Positions 49,092 through 64,000 of a DNA stretch of 64,000 bases are shown here, piece after piece. How positions within the stretch are numbered: position 1 is the stretch's first letter; the number at the start of each line of letters is the position of its first letter. The stretch is from Spizellomyces punctatus DAOM BR117. Taxonomy: Eukaryota. Position numbers and translations under genes: made by a program. The stretch lies in NCBI GenBank assembly GCA_000182565.2, contig KQ257450.1. The stretch is one strand, 5' to 3'. The notes beneath the pieces are model-generated. The model was given only the letters and a program-made list of their open reading frames with translations. It was not told the origin of the DNA and did no database searches.

Positions 49092-52000
49092 TCATGAAAT
49101 ATGCGATGTGCCCCTTTTGAGGCTCTCCTTCGAGACTCCCACCCCGCCGATTGTCACAATCTCGTCCCGCAGAACTGGTTCAAAGTCCTTCTCATCAGGC
49201 AGTCGCCCAAGGTCAATGGCCTGCGTCACCCAACTGTTGACCACTACATAAAATCGTCGGTGTAGCCCACGAGGGGACGTGTTTAGAATATGTTTTACTA
49301 GGCGGGTGCGACGTGGTAAATCCTGGCTTTGGCCACTATCCAGAATCACATGCGTTGTATCGCTCGAAATAACATCCGCAATGACTGCTCCGCGCGCTCG
49401 TAACTTCAACGCCACAACGTCCAGTGCCGTATCTTGTATTGCTTCGTGTGGAAGCGGCGGTTCATCTGCATTGACAATAGTAACCCCTTGAGGTGCTGGT
49501 AAGTCATTGGAAAGTAGATCTCTTGTTATGCGGATATTGTGGAATCGATCCAAGTAGACTTTGGCTCGTCTGAATAATGAACCTTCATGTGCTATCATTG
49601 AAAAATATCGTTCTTCAATCTCCGCTATATTATCGCTGGGCGTTCCGTTGCGTTCTGTCGTTGCATCTGCCTTTCGTTGTCTCTTCTTGTTCAGTGCGTC
49701 TATGTCCATGTTGCTGAAGAGCTTCCAGCGGCAAAGTCGCCTGTTTCAGCACTCTCGCATTCATGCAAAACCAATAGCGCGCCATACCAACCTCCTTCAT
49801 TGTCGACGTCCTCAAATCCTCCGTGTAGCTATCTCCCCATTTGTCGATACTCTCCTTGAATTTCTCTTTCGTTGCTTCCGTGGTGTAAAGCATGTACCTA
49901 GCGTAGGGTTACCTAAACCATGGTGTCTGGTCTCCACTCAACAACCCGATTATACCTTGGGTTCAACGGTAACACTTCGTTTGCAGCGAGACAATCAAAG
50001 ATGTACCGAGATTGCACAATATCATACTGACCGCTTCGTTTGAAGTTGCTGACTTTCAATGCTAATATCGCACCGTTCAACACGGCCCACTACGACTGCG
50101 TGAAGAGGTTTTGCAACTTACAAAGCTGGTCGGCTATGATCATGGTTGTATCCTTGGTGGGATTTTGCACAGCGGTTCCGCCGTGTTCTACGATAGCTGT
50201 TTCTATCGCGTGTTTGTCCCGTCCTATCGTCTCCCCAGCGCCGGGAACAACACACACTTCGATGTTATTAAAGAGATCCGAAGTTTTTGTGATCTGGCTA
50301 GCATCCACCCCAAGGAAATCAACGGCTACTTTCCAGGCGTGCGCTGCCGCTGTTCGCCGCACTGCTGCCTTCTTTCGTTTCTTTTCCTGCACTTTCATAT
50401 CCATTTCTGCTAGCAGTTGGGACTTTCTTTCAGACGTTTGGCGGATATAGTCATGTAGCTGTGACACTGTCATTACACCATCCAGACCCTTATCATGTCG
50501 GACCTTAATGAATCTTGGAAAGCGCAACGTCCATCCAGCACCATAGGTTTCGGTTTTATTCACTTCGGCGGCCCGAACTTGAATAATGCGTCCGTGCTCC
50601 GGGGAGATGATCAAGTCAGGTTTCTCCTTACTATTGCTGGGATGAACAAACCAGGGCGGTGGTCGACGAGGATCATAAGGTCGCCAAAAGCCCTCACGGT
50701 AACGTGAGAGCTCGTCCATCTCTTTGATCTTGAAGCCCGATCCCACTTTGCAAAAGCTGATGAACCGTGGTGTTTCGCCTGGTTTTGCATCTTCGGCAAT
50801 AGCGCACATGAAATGTGAAAGACGCCCACCCCGTCGGCCTTCACCAAATAGGCCTCCCACGATCAACAGATCGACATCATCACCGAGCGTGTCCACGTAA
50901 TCCGCCTTCAATTTCAACCACGCGTCGCCTCTCAAATTGGGCGTATACACCGAGGCAGGATTCTTGATAATAATACCCTCCTCGGATCGATCAATTCGCT
51001 GCCCCAAATGGTTGATCACATCCTCAACTGTCGAGGCTTCTTCGTGTGGCAAAATTTCAAGGAATGTTTCCTTCTCCTTGATAATTCGGTGCAGATAAGC
51101 ACGGCGGTCTTTAAGCGTCTGGTCGACAAGGCTTTGGTTGTTTAGATACACAATATCGAACACTACAAAGCAAGGATGTAGTTTTGCGTTCACTCCTATC
51201 GCGTCCGCGACCAGCGATCATTTAAAACTTTCAAATTCACCATTTTGCCGATTGCCAACATAGTGTTCCCACCTTTCTGCAAGACCTCTGTCACAATTAC
51301 ATGCAGAAGTCATCAGCTCGCTTCTTTATCAGAACCATAATAGCTCCAACGACTTGCGTACCATTCGAAGCTGTTTTTAAGGAGCCAAAAGCCTCATATA
51401 GACCGCTTTCGGTATTGAATGCCAGGAGTTCGCCATCCAAAATGACACTGCGGAACAAGATGTTTTAGAATTGATGAAAGTGGCGGCTAAGACTGTGTTT
51501 GTCATTCTACCTATGCACCTTCGGATCAAACTGCTCGTAAATGTATGGCACTAGAGAACCGTGGCTGGGGTCTGCACCGTACATGGATGTGTATGGTGTG
51601 GCGTTTCTAAAGAGGGGGAATCAATAGCTCAACCACAGGAAACAGCCCAATGAAACTCACCTGGACCACCACTTGAACTTGCCTCCTTGAAGATGCATCT
51701 GTATTCGTTCCCCATCCAATTTGGTCTCCACCCAAAAGGTTGTGTTTCCTATAATCCTTGGAATGTCGTGTGGATTTTCCACAGATTTTGCCTTCATGGG
51801 CTTGAAGACGCCGTTGATTCTGATTTCCTAAACATCGTACGTTAATTTGCTCGGAAGTCATAATTATGAAGATAATCACTCATACTTTATTTGTCAAGCT
51901 CAGCTTCGGGTCTGGGAGGTCGTGGGTCACCTTGGCCAAGTCGCTAGTCACGTTGAAATGCTCCAAAGCGTCTGGGTGCCACAACCCCAGCACCGTATTC

Positions 52001-52911
52001 TCTGATATTCCCAGTTTCAAGTCTGCAACAATATGAAGTATTGTCTCAGGATCATATAATGACTGCTGACACATTCCATTGAACCTTTGAGAATCATGCG
52101 GGCAATCCACATCTGCTCCATTGGAGTGCAATTAAGGAAAAAGTATCTTATAATGTCCCTTCGCTCTCCTCTGAAAATTTAAGCGTGCATCAGACATGTA
52201 TATGGATCATCCATCTAAACTTCACTGTCATGTACCTGTCATCTGTAACATTCAGCCAGTCGAGTTTGTCATTGATGTCGGCCACTGTAACGTTACTTCT
52301 GCCGAGTACGTTTGACCTTCCGGCAATGACTTGATGGAGAACTCCAGGAAAGTCGCCAGCCATCGTCTATGTCCATAAATAAAAGCCTGTAAGGCTTTGC
52401 TCCCCCAAGCGTATAAGTAGGAGCACGGCCGACCTTTCCAGTTTTGCCAGGATTTCTCCAGTTAATTAAGCCTTCGGCGTCCGGTGAATTCATCGAAAGT
52501 CCAAGAACTTCCACATAGGTTTTAGCAAGGACCTTATCCTTCATGCCATACGTGGTGCGCGCTTTGTCAAGCTATGGGATGCCGCCAGGCTATTGTTTTA
52601 GGGTAAGGTGCAAGAAACAGCTGGTAATGGTAGGGGAGACTAACATGAGGCAATATGAGCCTTAGAGCCGGAAAAAAGTCTCCTCCCGTTGCACGCCATT
52701 CCTTCAACGGAGGGAACCAGAACGTCAGCGTAATTGTTTGGGAGTTTCAAGATCTCGGGTAAAAGACCTCGATATAACGCTTCATTCTCTCCCTCTTCGC
52801 ATCGTTTCCTCGCTTTGTCAGAACGCTCTGTAAGCATCTGCAGAGATCGTAAAACGAGGCACGAGAGGCGGTATCCGGTCCTTGGGCTGTTTGTTCATCC
52901 TCGCCTTCCAT
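49092..52911 (-). CDS. LIG4: DNA ligase IV (NHEJ) with C-terminal BRCT domains
   Basis: VETKLDGERIQMH active-site motif, VILDGELL, EEGIIIKNP..WLKLKADY, FCKVGSG, TLRFPR, two BRCT regions, and DKWGDSY linker. Confidence 0.95.
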
Positions 52912-53580
52912 GTCACCGCGGTAAGCGAGAGCGTTGAGCATCGCGGACGTCACTGAGCACAGTCATGAACAGCTTAGTCAGCATTGTTTATACTGCTGGA
53001 TCTCGAGGCAAGGCTGATATCGACTGCCCAATGTTCGTTTGAGTAAAACGAGTCGTCATTTGACAGTTCAAGGAATGGCTATTTAGTAATTACGGTAGCC
53101 CCAGAGTTGAAGGATAAGCGGTCAAACTCGCAGGCGCTTCAACACCAATGCTGTATTGGTTTAAAGTTGATCATACCCATATCATATCCATGCATCGGAG
53201 TTCGAGAAAGCATTACAAGTGCCTCGTGCGTTATACCAAGATGGTGACCGAGACAATGCGCTTTGCACTTGTCATAGAAGCAGGAAACAAAAATATATCT
53301 CATGTCCTAATAATCATACGTATAGCTTGCGGATATGCAGCTCCAAATGTTGTGATGACGAGAAACCCTCAGGATTCGATCGATCCGAATCCCTGGCAAT
53401 CGCGCTCCGACGAGTTCCTCATCCTTGTCCAGTAGAGTAGATGCATGACGCTGCAACGATAGTTCAGCTGCGTATGCACAAGCATTTCCGAATCAATTTC
53501 TTTCTACATTTACCTTGTGCTGTATCTTTTCCATTGACACCCGCAGCCAAGTCGCTTTCCCTTGTATTCGTTGGACGCCA

Positions 53581-56500
53581 ATGTCTTTTTCCGATCCGAT
53601 TGACTGGGACGCTGTCCTCGACTTTCCTCAGGAGTCTCTGGATAACCAGATCAAAGGAGTTGACGAGCACAAAATACTGAATCGGCTGCACAAGGTACTT
53701 TGAGTTCCTGCAAACGCTCAAAGAACCTCCAAAGTATAGCCACCGCCCACTGAGTTGTTGCCTTCACAAATCCAGACAGACGAAGAGATTGAGCGGTATA
53801 TTGTCGATGAGAGCCTTGATGATATCGACCGGACTATTCATCTTCTAAGGTGCCAATAAGGTGTCTAACTTTGGCCTGTTTGAACCTGAGGCTCGACTCT
53901 CGGCCGTGTGGTTCATGACGGACCTGCAACGCCCCTTCTCAGACAATTCTCTCCTTTTCTCTATTCAATCTTTATGATCAGAAATGGAGCGGTTATCCAG
54001 AAGCAGAGCGTCATTGGTATGCTACCCAAACTCCTGCAAGAACACAATTCGGAGATGCGGAGCAGAGTACTACCAGTCTTACTGGTTCGTAAGAGCACAG
54101 TAGATTTGATAGGTCAATATTGACAGCATATCGATTAATAGGACTCCATTCCGAACGAACATCACAGTCTTCGCATAGCTGCTGGACGAATGATGATTAA
54201 GCTCATGGAAAGTGGACTACTTCCCCCCAAAACGGTTCAAAGTGTGGCAGCGGCAGCCAAAAAGGTTATTGATCGAAAAGATCCAGGTACGCCCAAGCGA
54301 GACCTCTGGGCCTCAGTTCGCATTAACTTAGCAAGAACGTAGGCACGGCAGAGGTATGGGAGGATGTCTTGATTATGGCAATTCAATTCATGCCCTTGGA
54401 TGTGGTCGAGAATGAAGTATGCCTTCAAAAGTTGCAAATTTCCCAAGTCGCCACCAAGAGCTTAAAGTGCAGTTATAGATTCTCCCCGAAGCACTGATCG
54501 ACGGCGCATTGGCTCAACCATCGCCATTTCGATTGTGGTGCGCTCGGGTGCTAGGAGCTGCGGCACCCAGGATTGAAGGCAAAAAGTATTTTCTTGCACC
54601 TGACCATTTACTGATATAAACTAGAGTGCTGATGGGTTTAATATTGTGCCAGGTCTCAGGAACTCTTCTTCCGCAAGGCTATGCAACTATGTCAGGATAC
54701 GGATTATGAAGTCCGAGCATGCATGTGCGGACAGCTGAATGCCATTGCGAAAGCTGTAGGGTAATGTTCCAATATCTACGTCCCAATGCTTTCAAAGTAT
54801 TGACTTTGTAAGCCTCCTTCGGTGCTAGACCGGACCTTACTACGAAAGAGCTGCTTCCTGAATATGTTGAGCTGATAATGGATGAAGAGTCTGTTGTAAG
54901 AGAAGCTGCAATCACAAATATCATGCAGTTGGTGGATGTCCTCGATGGTGGTGAGTTTTCGCTCCACTTACCGTATCTAGTAGCATCGTCGAGTTCTCAT
55001 GGTGGGCTGCTCGCTGGAACCTCTGTAGGCACCAAGACTACCGTCATTGTCCCGGTGTGGAAGAAGCTCTGTGAAGATCGTGCTCCAAGGCTTTTGACGT
55101 GTCTGGCCCGTGAACTAGGCATCTTCTTATGGCAAACCCGAGGTATTACTGAGTCTTGGCTACGATGCTATTGAAACACAGCGTTGGCGCATTCTCATCC
55201 TTATGTCTGCTCTGAATAGACCTGTTGCCTGAAGCTGACTTGCGGTTCTTCATGACCTTTTACCAATCACTGACCACGAGTTCGGAGAGTGAAACCCGGG
55301 AGATGTGCGCCTTTAACTTTCCAGTACGTAAATAATTACTCTGTCTCGGTTGAGCTTCTTTGTTGATGTCCCTACCTCAACATTTTACTCAGGCTATCGT
55401 CAACTCTCTTGGCAATGCGCAAGCGTACGAAACCTATGGCCTCGACGGTGTCTACGATAAACTGATACATGATACGAATTCCCATGTACGGCGCAGGATG
55501 GCATCTGGCCTTCACGCAGTTGCAGAGATTCTCGGCTCTCGCTCTTGGACCTTGCTGAAAACGGGATTCTTAAAGCTTTTCGGCGATGGAGACGTTGAAG
55601 TGTATCATCAGCTTTTTAAGCATTTAGGCCAAATTTTGGTACAATTTGCAAAGGATGATGCATGCCGCAAGGTATGCTAGCGGAAGCAGATGGCTCGTGG
55701 ACGACGGGCAGCTGACCCTTTTACCGTAGGATACCCAGTTGGACGACCTTCTCTTTTTGATTCTCCGTCGAGAGAGAGAATGCGCTACAAATAGCGCTCG
55801 ATTCTTTTGGCGAACACATCATGATTTATTGGAGCAATTTCGATGGTTTCCGGATGTGTTTGGGCCAGATCTACTCTATGGACATTGCGTACCGCTTTTA
55901 TTCAAGTTGCTCTCCGAAGTACGGATACTGTATCTCATGATAAGCCAAGCATTAAGATTGACACTGACGCTCTTTCTTGATCAGAATGTCGTTCTTCCAA
56001 TCAAACACACAGCAATAAAGACTTTGTGCATAACTTTAAGGAAGACAAAACGTTGGGAGCATCGTGATCGGTTGTGCCGACAGATGCAAGGTACTCTCAT
56101 CATCGTTTTATAAACTTCACGGACACACTAAGAGAATGCAACAATTCAGATTTGAAGGACGCAACAAACTGCCACACACGACTTTTATTCCTCGACTTGT
56201 GTGAGACGGTTTTGTCGGTATTCTCTCACAAGTTTTTCAAGGAGAACTTTCTGCCGAGCTATCTCGAGTTGGTAAAGGACCCCGTTCCCAACGTGCGCCT
56301 GCGACTTGTCTCCCTGTTACCTGCCGTTCGCCGCACACTGCATCTGCCCGCTGACTCTGCGCTTCTACAAAGAGTGAGCGAGGCAGTGGGAACACTGTTG
56401 ACTGCAGACACCGACCGTGACGTTACAGAGGCCGCGAGCGCAATACTGTGTAAGCTTGGTGCTCCCTCTAGCGACAATGTAATCAACAGTGGCAAGCGAG

Positions 56501-57621
56501 CAATGTTTGGTGCAGATACATTGTCACGATCACAAGACTCTTTGGATAAACAAAAGGAGGAGGAAGAGCAGCGTGCTTTTAACACTGACTGGGACATGGA
56601 GGAAGTCGCACGCAGAAGAGACATGGACGATGCACGCCAGGAGTTTGCGAAACGCTTGACGGACAAAGACTTGACCAAGAAAGTAAAAATAAAACCTGGA
56701 GGCGATGCAAATTCTGCAACAGTTGGCGCCAAAAGTAGGAATACGGGAACCGGACCTGCAGGAACCATCAAACCTCGAGGAACAAACACAATGTCAAAGA
56801 GTGGGGAGGGTGCTAGTGGTGGTGGGTTGTATTCCTCAACTTGGGCGACTTTGGGCGACCGGCGGGGATCTGGGACTGGCGTTAGTCTATCATCGACTGG
56901 CAATACAGGGGTTAGCGGGGGACCTGGTGGGCGACCTATTGGATCAAGTCTCCGATCAGCCGTAATGAGCACAGACAAGAGTAGCGTTGCCTCAGGGTCT
57001 CCATCGCCTGTGGACTCCCCGAAGCGAGTGGCGCGATTAGCAAGCACATCGGCACATTCAGCACTCCGTCGTCAGAATCCGAGGGATCCCAGTGACGACA
57101 ACAACGACGGTCGATTGCCGGGGTTGGGGTCCACTCGCGCAGGGCTGACGTCCCCTCGGGTTACACGGCGTCCATCTGGAGGAGGACAAGGTGGACAAGG
57201 CCCTACATCTCCCGCTCCATATTCTCTCAACAGTGCCAAGACTCCTGGAGCAATCGGCTCATCTCCAACGGCATTACTCTCTTCCCATTCAATGACATCC
57301 AAGCTCACTTCTGGTAGACGATCACAGGAACTTTTGAACTCTAGGACTGGTTCATCATCGACTGGTTTACACGGTAGCGGACCGACGAGTGCAATGCTAT
57401 CCTCCTATGGAGTTGCAAGTACAACGCAATCTGGAGCGTATACTACAACAAGCGGCAGCGGATCAAATAGATTGTACGGTTCTGCAAAGTCCTGGGGCAA
57501 GCCTTCACCCTTGTCACCTCTACCAAAAGCAGGAGGCGCAAGAGATGGGAGTGGAGAGACTAATCCTGCAGGGTCTGCGACAGTCGCAGGAAACAGGTAT
57601 AGTTTTGCAAAGGAGGACTGA
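53581..57621 (+). CDS. PPP4R4: Protein phosphatase 4 regulatory subunit 4-like HEAT-repeat protein
   Basis: TDEEIERYIVDESLDDIDRTIHLL..QKQSVIGMLPKLL resembles the PPP4R4 N-terminus; HEAT motifs LCQDTDYEVRACMC and KDPVPNVRLRL; long S/G-rich tail. Confidence 0.8.
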
Positions 57622-58093
57622 CTTGGAGCTTCAGCTTATTGGATTTTTGACATCACACCTGCAGACCTCGCACTCTATATCCATAGTCATCTGCCGTCGG
57701 ATTGGGCGACTGGATTGCCTCTTTGCAATAGGGATACGACAATTCTTGAGAAAAGCGTTAACTACTGTAACTATATATATTATGATACTTGAGATGGCTG
57801 TATCTGTGGTTTTTAAAAGAAAAGCATACAGCCCAATATCGATACTTGCGATGAAAAACCCAAAAACGTGTTTACTGTTCCTTCCGAGGATCGAACGCGT
57901 CCAATGAGTCATCCACGTGATATTCCGATCGGCCGAGATGATGGCCAAGTTTCCTGCCTTCAAACTGCGAGTTGGAAGATTTCAACCATTTTATTTGAAG
58001 GGATTCGGGAGCGGGTTGGTCATTTGGCCCTTGTGGTTTTCAACATAACATTTGTCCCATTGCTGTCACCCGTCAAAAGTAACCTGGACCAGA

Positions 58094-61353
<3,260 letters not shown>

Positions 61354-61553
61354 CATTGGAGGGATGGTCCTACGTCAAGAGAATTGAAATTATGTTTGTT
61401 CTTTAATGTAATCTATTTGGGATGCAGCTGTTGCCTCGTCTGCCACGGATACAAATTGCGAGCAGTGTGTGTACGATATTTTTGATGAATGCAGCCATGC
61501 AGATTCAGGGAACAGTAGAAAGGCTGCTAACTTTACAGGAACGAACGCAACAG

Positions 61554-62048
61554 CTACCCCTCTTTCATCTCTCGGATTAACCGCTTCCAGTCGCCATGCA
61601 CTACCCGTGAACAGTACTCACTTAAAGGCTGATTCCATCTATAGTATTCTACCGCCACTTCCTGACCATCTTTGGTCCTCGCCATTGCTTTCCTTCGTAC
61701 GTAAGAGCTAGAAGGGTCGTCATCACCGCGATATCCTTCCAGCCCATCCAATTTCATGATCAAACTGTTGTGAACGGCGGGTTTTAGCGTGATAATTTCG
61801 CCGTACACAACGTCCTTGGGCTGAGAAGAGGGAAGGATAACGGGGTACCAATCGTTGAGCGAGTACATTTGATGACCGGGAAGGGTGGCAGGCTGGATAG
61901 ACAGTGAATTAACGCTGAGGTTGAACAGGTTGTGGTTTGGTAAACCTGTCATTAACGTTCCATAGACGAAAAGTGGCACATTCTCAGTACGAGGCGTAGG
62001 TGCGAGTGCATCTTCGACCTCCGAGACGAGTTGCTGTAGTGGTGGCAT
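61554..62048 (-). CDS. Gamma-glutamylcyclotransferase (AIG2-like)
   Basis: LFVYGTLM, YPVI, VYGEI, LDGLEG, YVR. Confidence 0.88.
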   Translation of the reverse strand: MPPLQQLVSEVEDALAPTPRTENVPLFVYGTLMTGLPNHNLFNLSVNSLSIQPATLPGHQMYSLNDWYPVILPSSQPKDVVYGEIITLKPAVHNSLIMKLDGLEGYRGDDDPSSSYVRRKAMARTKDGQEVAVEYYRWNQPLSEYCSRVVHGDWKRLIREMKEG

Positions 62049-62288
62049 TTTGTATCGCAAGTTTTATAAACAATAGTTTTTATGGCTTTGACTGAGGGGA
62101 TTGACTGCTGTCTTTGTCATCCGCGTCCTTATCACCAGACGCGTCCCTCAGATCGAATGGTTTGCTGCAACAAACGAGTTGTCAATGTGTGTGTAGGGTG
62201 GGGGTTTGTATTGTAAAATATGCGATATGCAAAACTACAAAACTGGAACGACAGCAAGTGTAAAAACACAATTTGCAACTATCTCGGC

Positions 62289-62775
62289 TTAACCTCTTGA
62301 TCGACTCCTATTGGCTTTTGAGATATCAACATCGTCACCCTCCGCAGTGTCCGCCTCCCAGGCTACAGAATCATCTGTTCCACGCATTGATTTCATGACT
62401 TCATCATATGCCTCCTTGGAAGCCTCTAAATATTCCTTTGCCTTTGGGTCCTCAATTTGAGCAATCTCCTCTGCAATCCGGGTGGAAAGTGCAGGGTCTC
62501 CTGGATGGGTAGAATGGTCGGCGGGGACATGACCAGGAATTGTGCGAGGATCCTCATGATCAGCAATAGAGAGGGCTTCAGTGTACTTGTCAAAAGCAGA
62601 GTGGAGGGCTGCTGCAGGGCTACCGCGGGGAATGCGACTGTGTGTGCGGACAGTTTCCTGTGAGTAGGGACAGTTTGCTTACACGTCTACGAGTACATTA
62701 CCCCAGCTCTCGCTCTGTCAAAGAGTCCAGCTCTGCTTCTTGTCCTTTGAGTTTTGCAAGCGTTTCTTTAGACAT
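62289..62775 (-). CDS. Small hydrophilic 2-exon protein (~140 aa) with SMP/LEA-like motif
   Basis: Exon 62775-62702, intron 62701-62638 (GTAATG..CAG), exon 62637-62289: MSKETLAKLKGQEAELDSLTERELG|RIPRGSPAAALHSAFDKY...RSRSRG*. Confidence 0.55.
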
Positions 62776-64000
62776 GGTGTTGCTCTCTTCCTATCGCACG
62801 GCTGCACTGTTGCGTCAAAAACTCAACATCCCCAAAGCTGAGTTTCCCGTGACGAGTGTCGTAATTCGCGTGGGTGGCACAGCTTTCCAAAGCTCTGGTG
62901 GCTTGGCACTTTGCTGCTTGGGACGTTTTGCTTTGCAGGATATTTCCTTACCGTCTACTAGTATTGCTTGACCAGGATATATATCCCTACCATATAACTT
63001 TCATACTTGACGGCGGTTAATCATCTCGTCAATAAGGTATGCCATGATCTGCGTTATTCAATCCTGTCATTATTTCCCGTCGATTCTCAACAACGGCTGT
63101 TGCTGCCAGCACAATGCTGTGGTCACTATCCTCCAGCAGGCAGGACACAGGCATACCCAGGGTACGGGTAATGACAAACCGCTGAGGCGCAATGCTTTGA
63201 TTAACTGGATCTATGGAAGAGCTCTCCACCTCGACCACAGCACAATACGGTCTTACACAAGTGCTTCTCAAGACGATCGTCATCTTTTAATAGGCCCGAC
63301 TTCATATATGCACCTCGCGATCGTGGGAATCTTGAGGTATTAAAGGCAAAGACTGGTCTTGAGCAGTTTGCCATCAATTCGTTGGAATAGGGCCTCTTTG
63401 TCTGCATGCGCAAAAAGAGGGACTCTTTTCCGGAATCCGGCCCTCTCATTAAGTAATATGACACGTTCAGCAACTATACTGCCATTAATAAAGATACGTC
63501 CTTTTCCATCTTGAGGGACTGCAAAGATGGCACATCGGTTAGCGACGTTATACCATGTCCATTCACAAGCCGCGTCAGAATACACTGGTCGCAGTCTGAC
63601 AAACGTTTCTAGCGTTTCAATACGTGCTCTCAGGTGAGAAGACGGGTCAATGATGCTCTGAGCAATATGCTTCTTTTACTTGATGCAAAAGTAAAGAGTC
63701 GGATGGAATTGGTTTTTCGGAACTCCTGGACTGCCCAGTTCAAGATGAAGGACTTGTTTCCGTCCGGTTGGTGGTATCAGGATTACAGCGTCATTTATAT
63801 CCTTCTCTGAGCCTGACCTACTACTGCTTCTCGCAGGCTGCTCTCTTACATTGACGGGCGTAGCTTGATCAACCCTGGTGACGCTTTTATTGACGGTACG
63901 CTATCGCTCATTTGTATGAACGCGGAAAGTAGAGCGACATTGAGTGTGTGCGGTTACGCATGTACTCATTCAATGGAGCCTTCCTTTGGTGAGGTACATC

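Noticed and set aside
53372-53392. Palindrome GGATTCG-ATCGATC-CGAATCC between LIG4 and PPP4R4
   Set aside because: A single 7-bp stem is expected by chance in 64 kb.
56259-57047. 262-aa antisense ORF
   Set aside because: Shadow of the low-complexity PPP4R4 tail; no recognisable motif.
57868-58093. Upstream part of the 369-aa ORF before YME1
   Set aside because: Non-ATG start; a better model begins at ATG 58094 with an intron.
62800-64000. Short ORFs, including a ~74-codon open minus-strand stretch near 63678-63902
   Set aside because: No recognisable domain or consistent splice model; it may be the 3' end of a gene outside the window.

Overview
Gene-dense, intron-rich eukaryotic DNA (short, mostly about 50-80 nt, GT-AG introns), almost certainly from a zoosporic, chytrid-type fungus. 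Fungal genes (PEX26, ERV2, MRP51, DLT1, NGL2, YME1) sit beside the flagellar gene IFT52 and genes better known from animals (MCM9, CENP-M, MESH1/HDDC3, PPP4R4, TPR-bearing UNC-45, an opsin-like class A GPCR). About 30 protein-coding genes are supported. Several spliced genes are invisible or fragmentary in the ORF track (CENP-M, MESH1, MGR2, TRM112, a UPF0449-like gene, an SMP-like gene) and were reconstructed by hand. I recognised no rRNA, tRNA, CRISPR or mobile element. The most striking non-coding feature is a 310-nt intron in the NDP-glucose 4,6-dehydratase gene. It can fold into a deeply nested structure that pairs the branch point with an alternative 5' splice site, making it a candidate riboswitch-like splicing switch. 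All family assignments come from recalled motif similarity, not database searches, and the boundaries of spliced genes are approximate.
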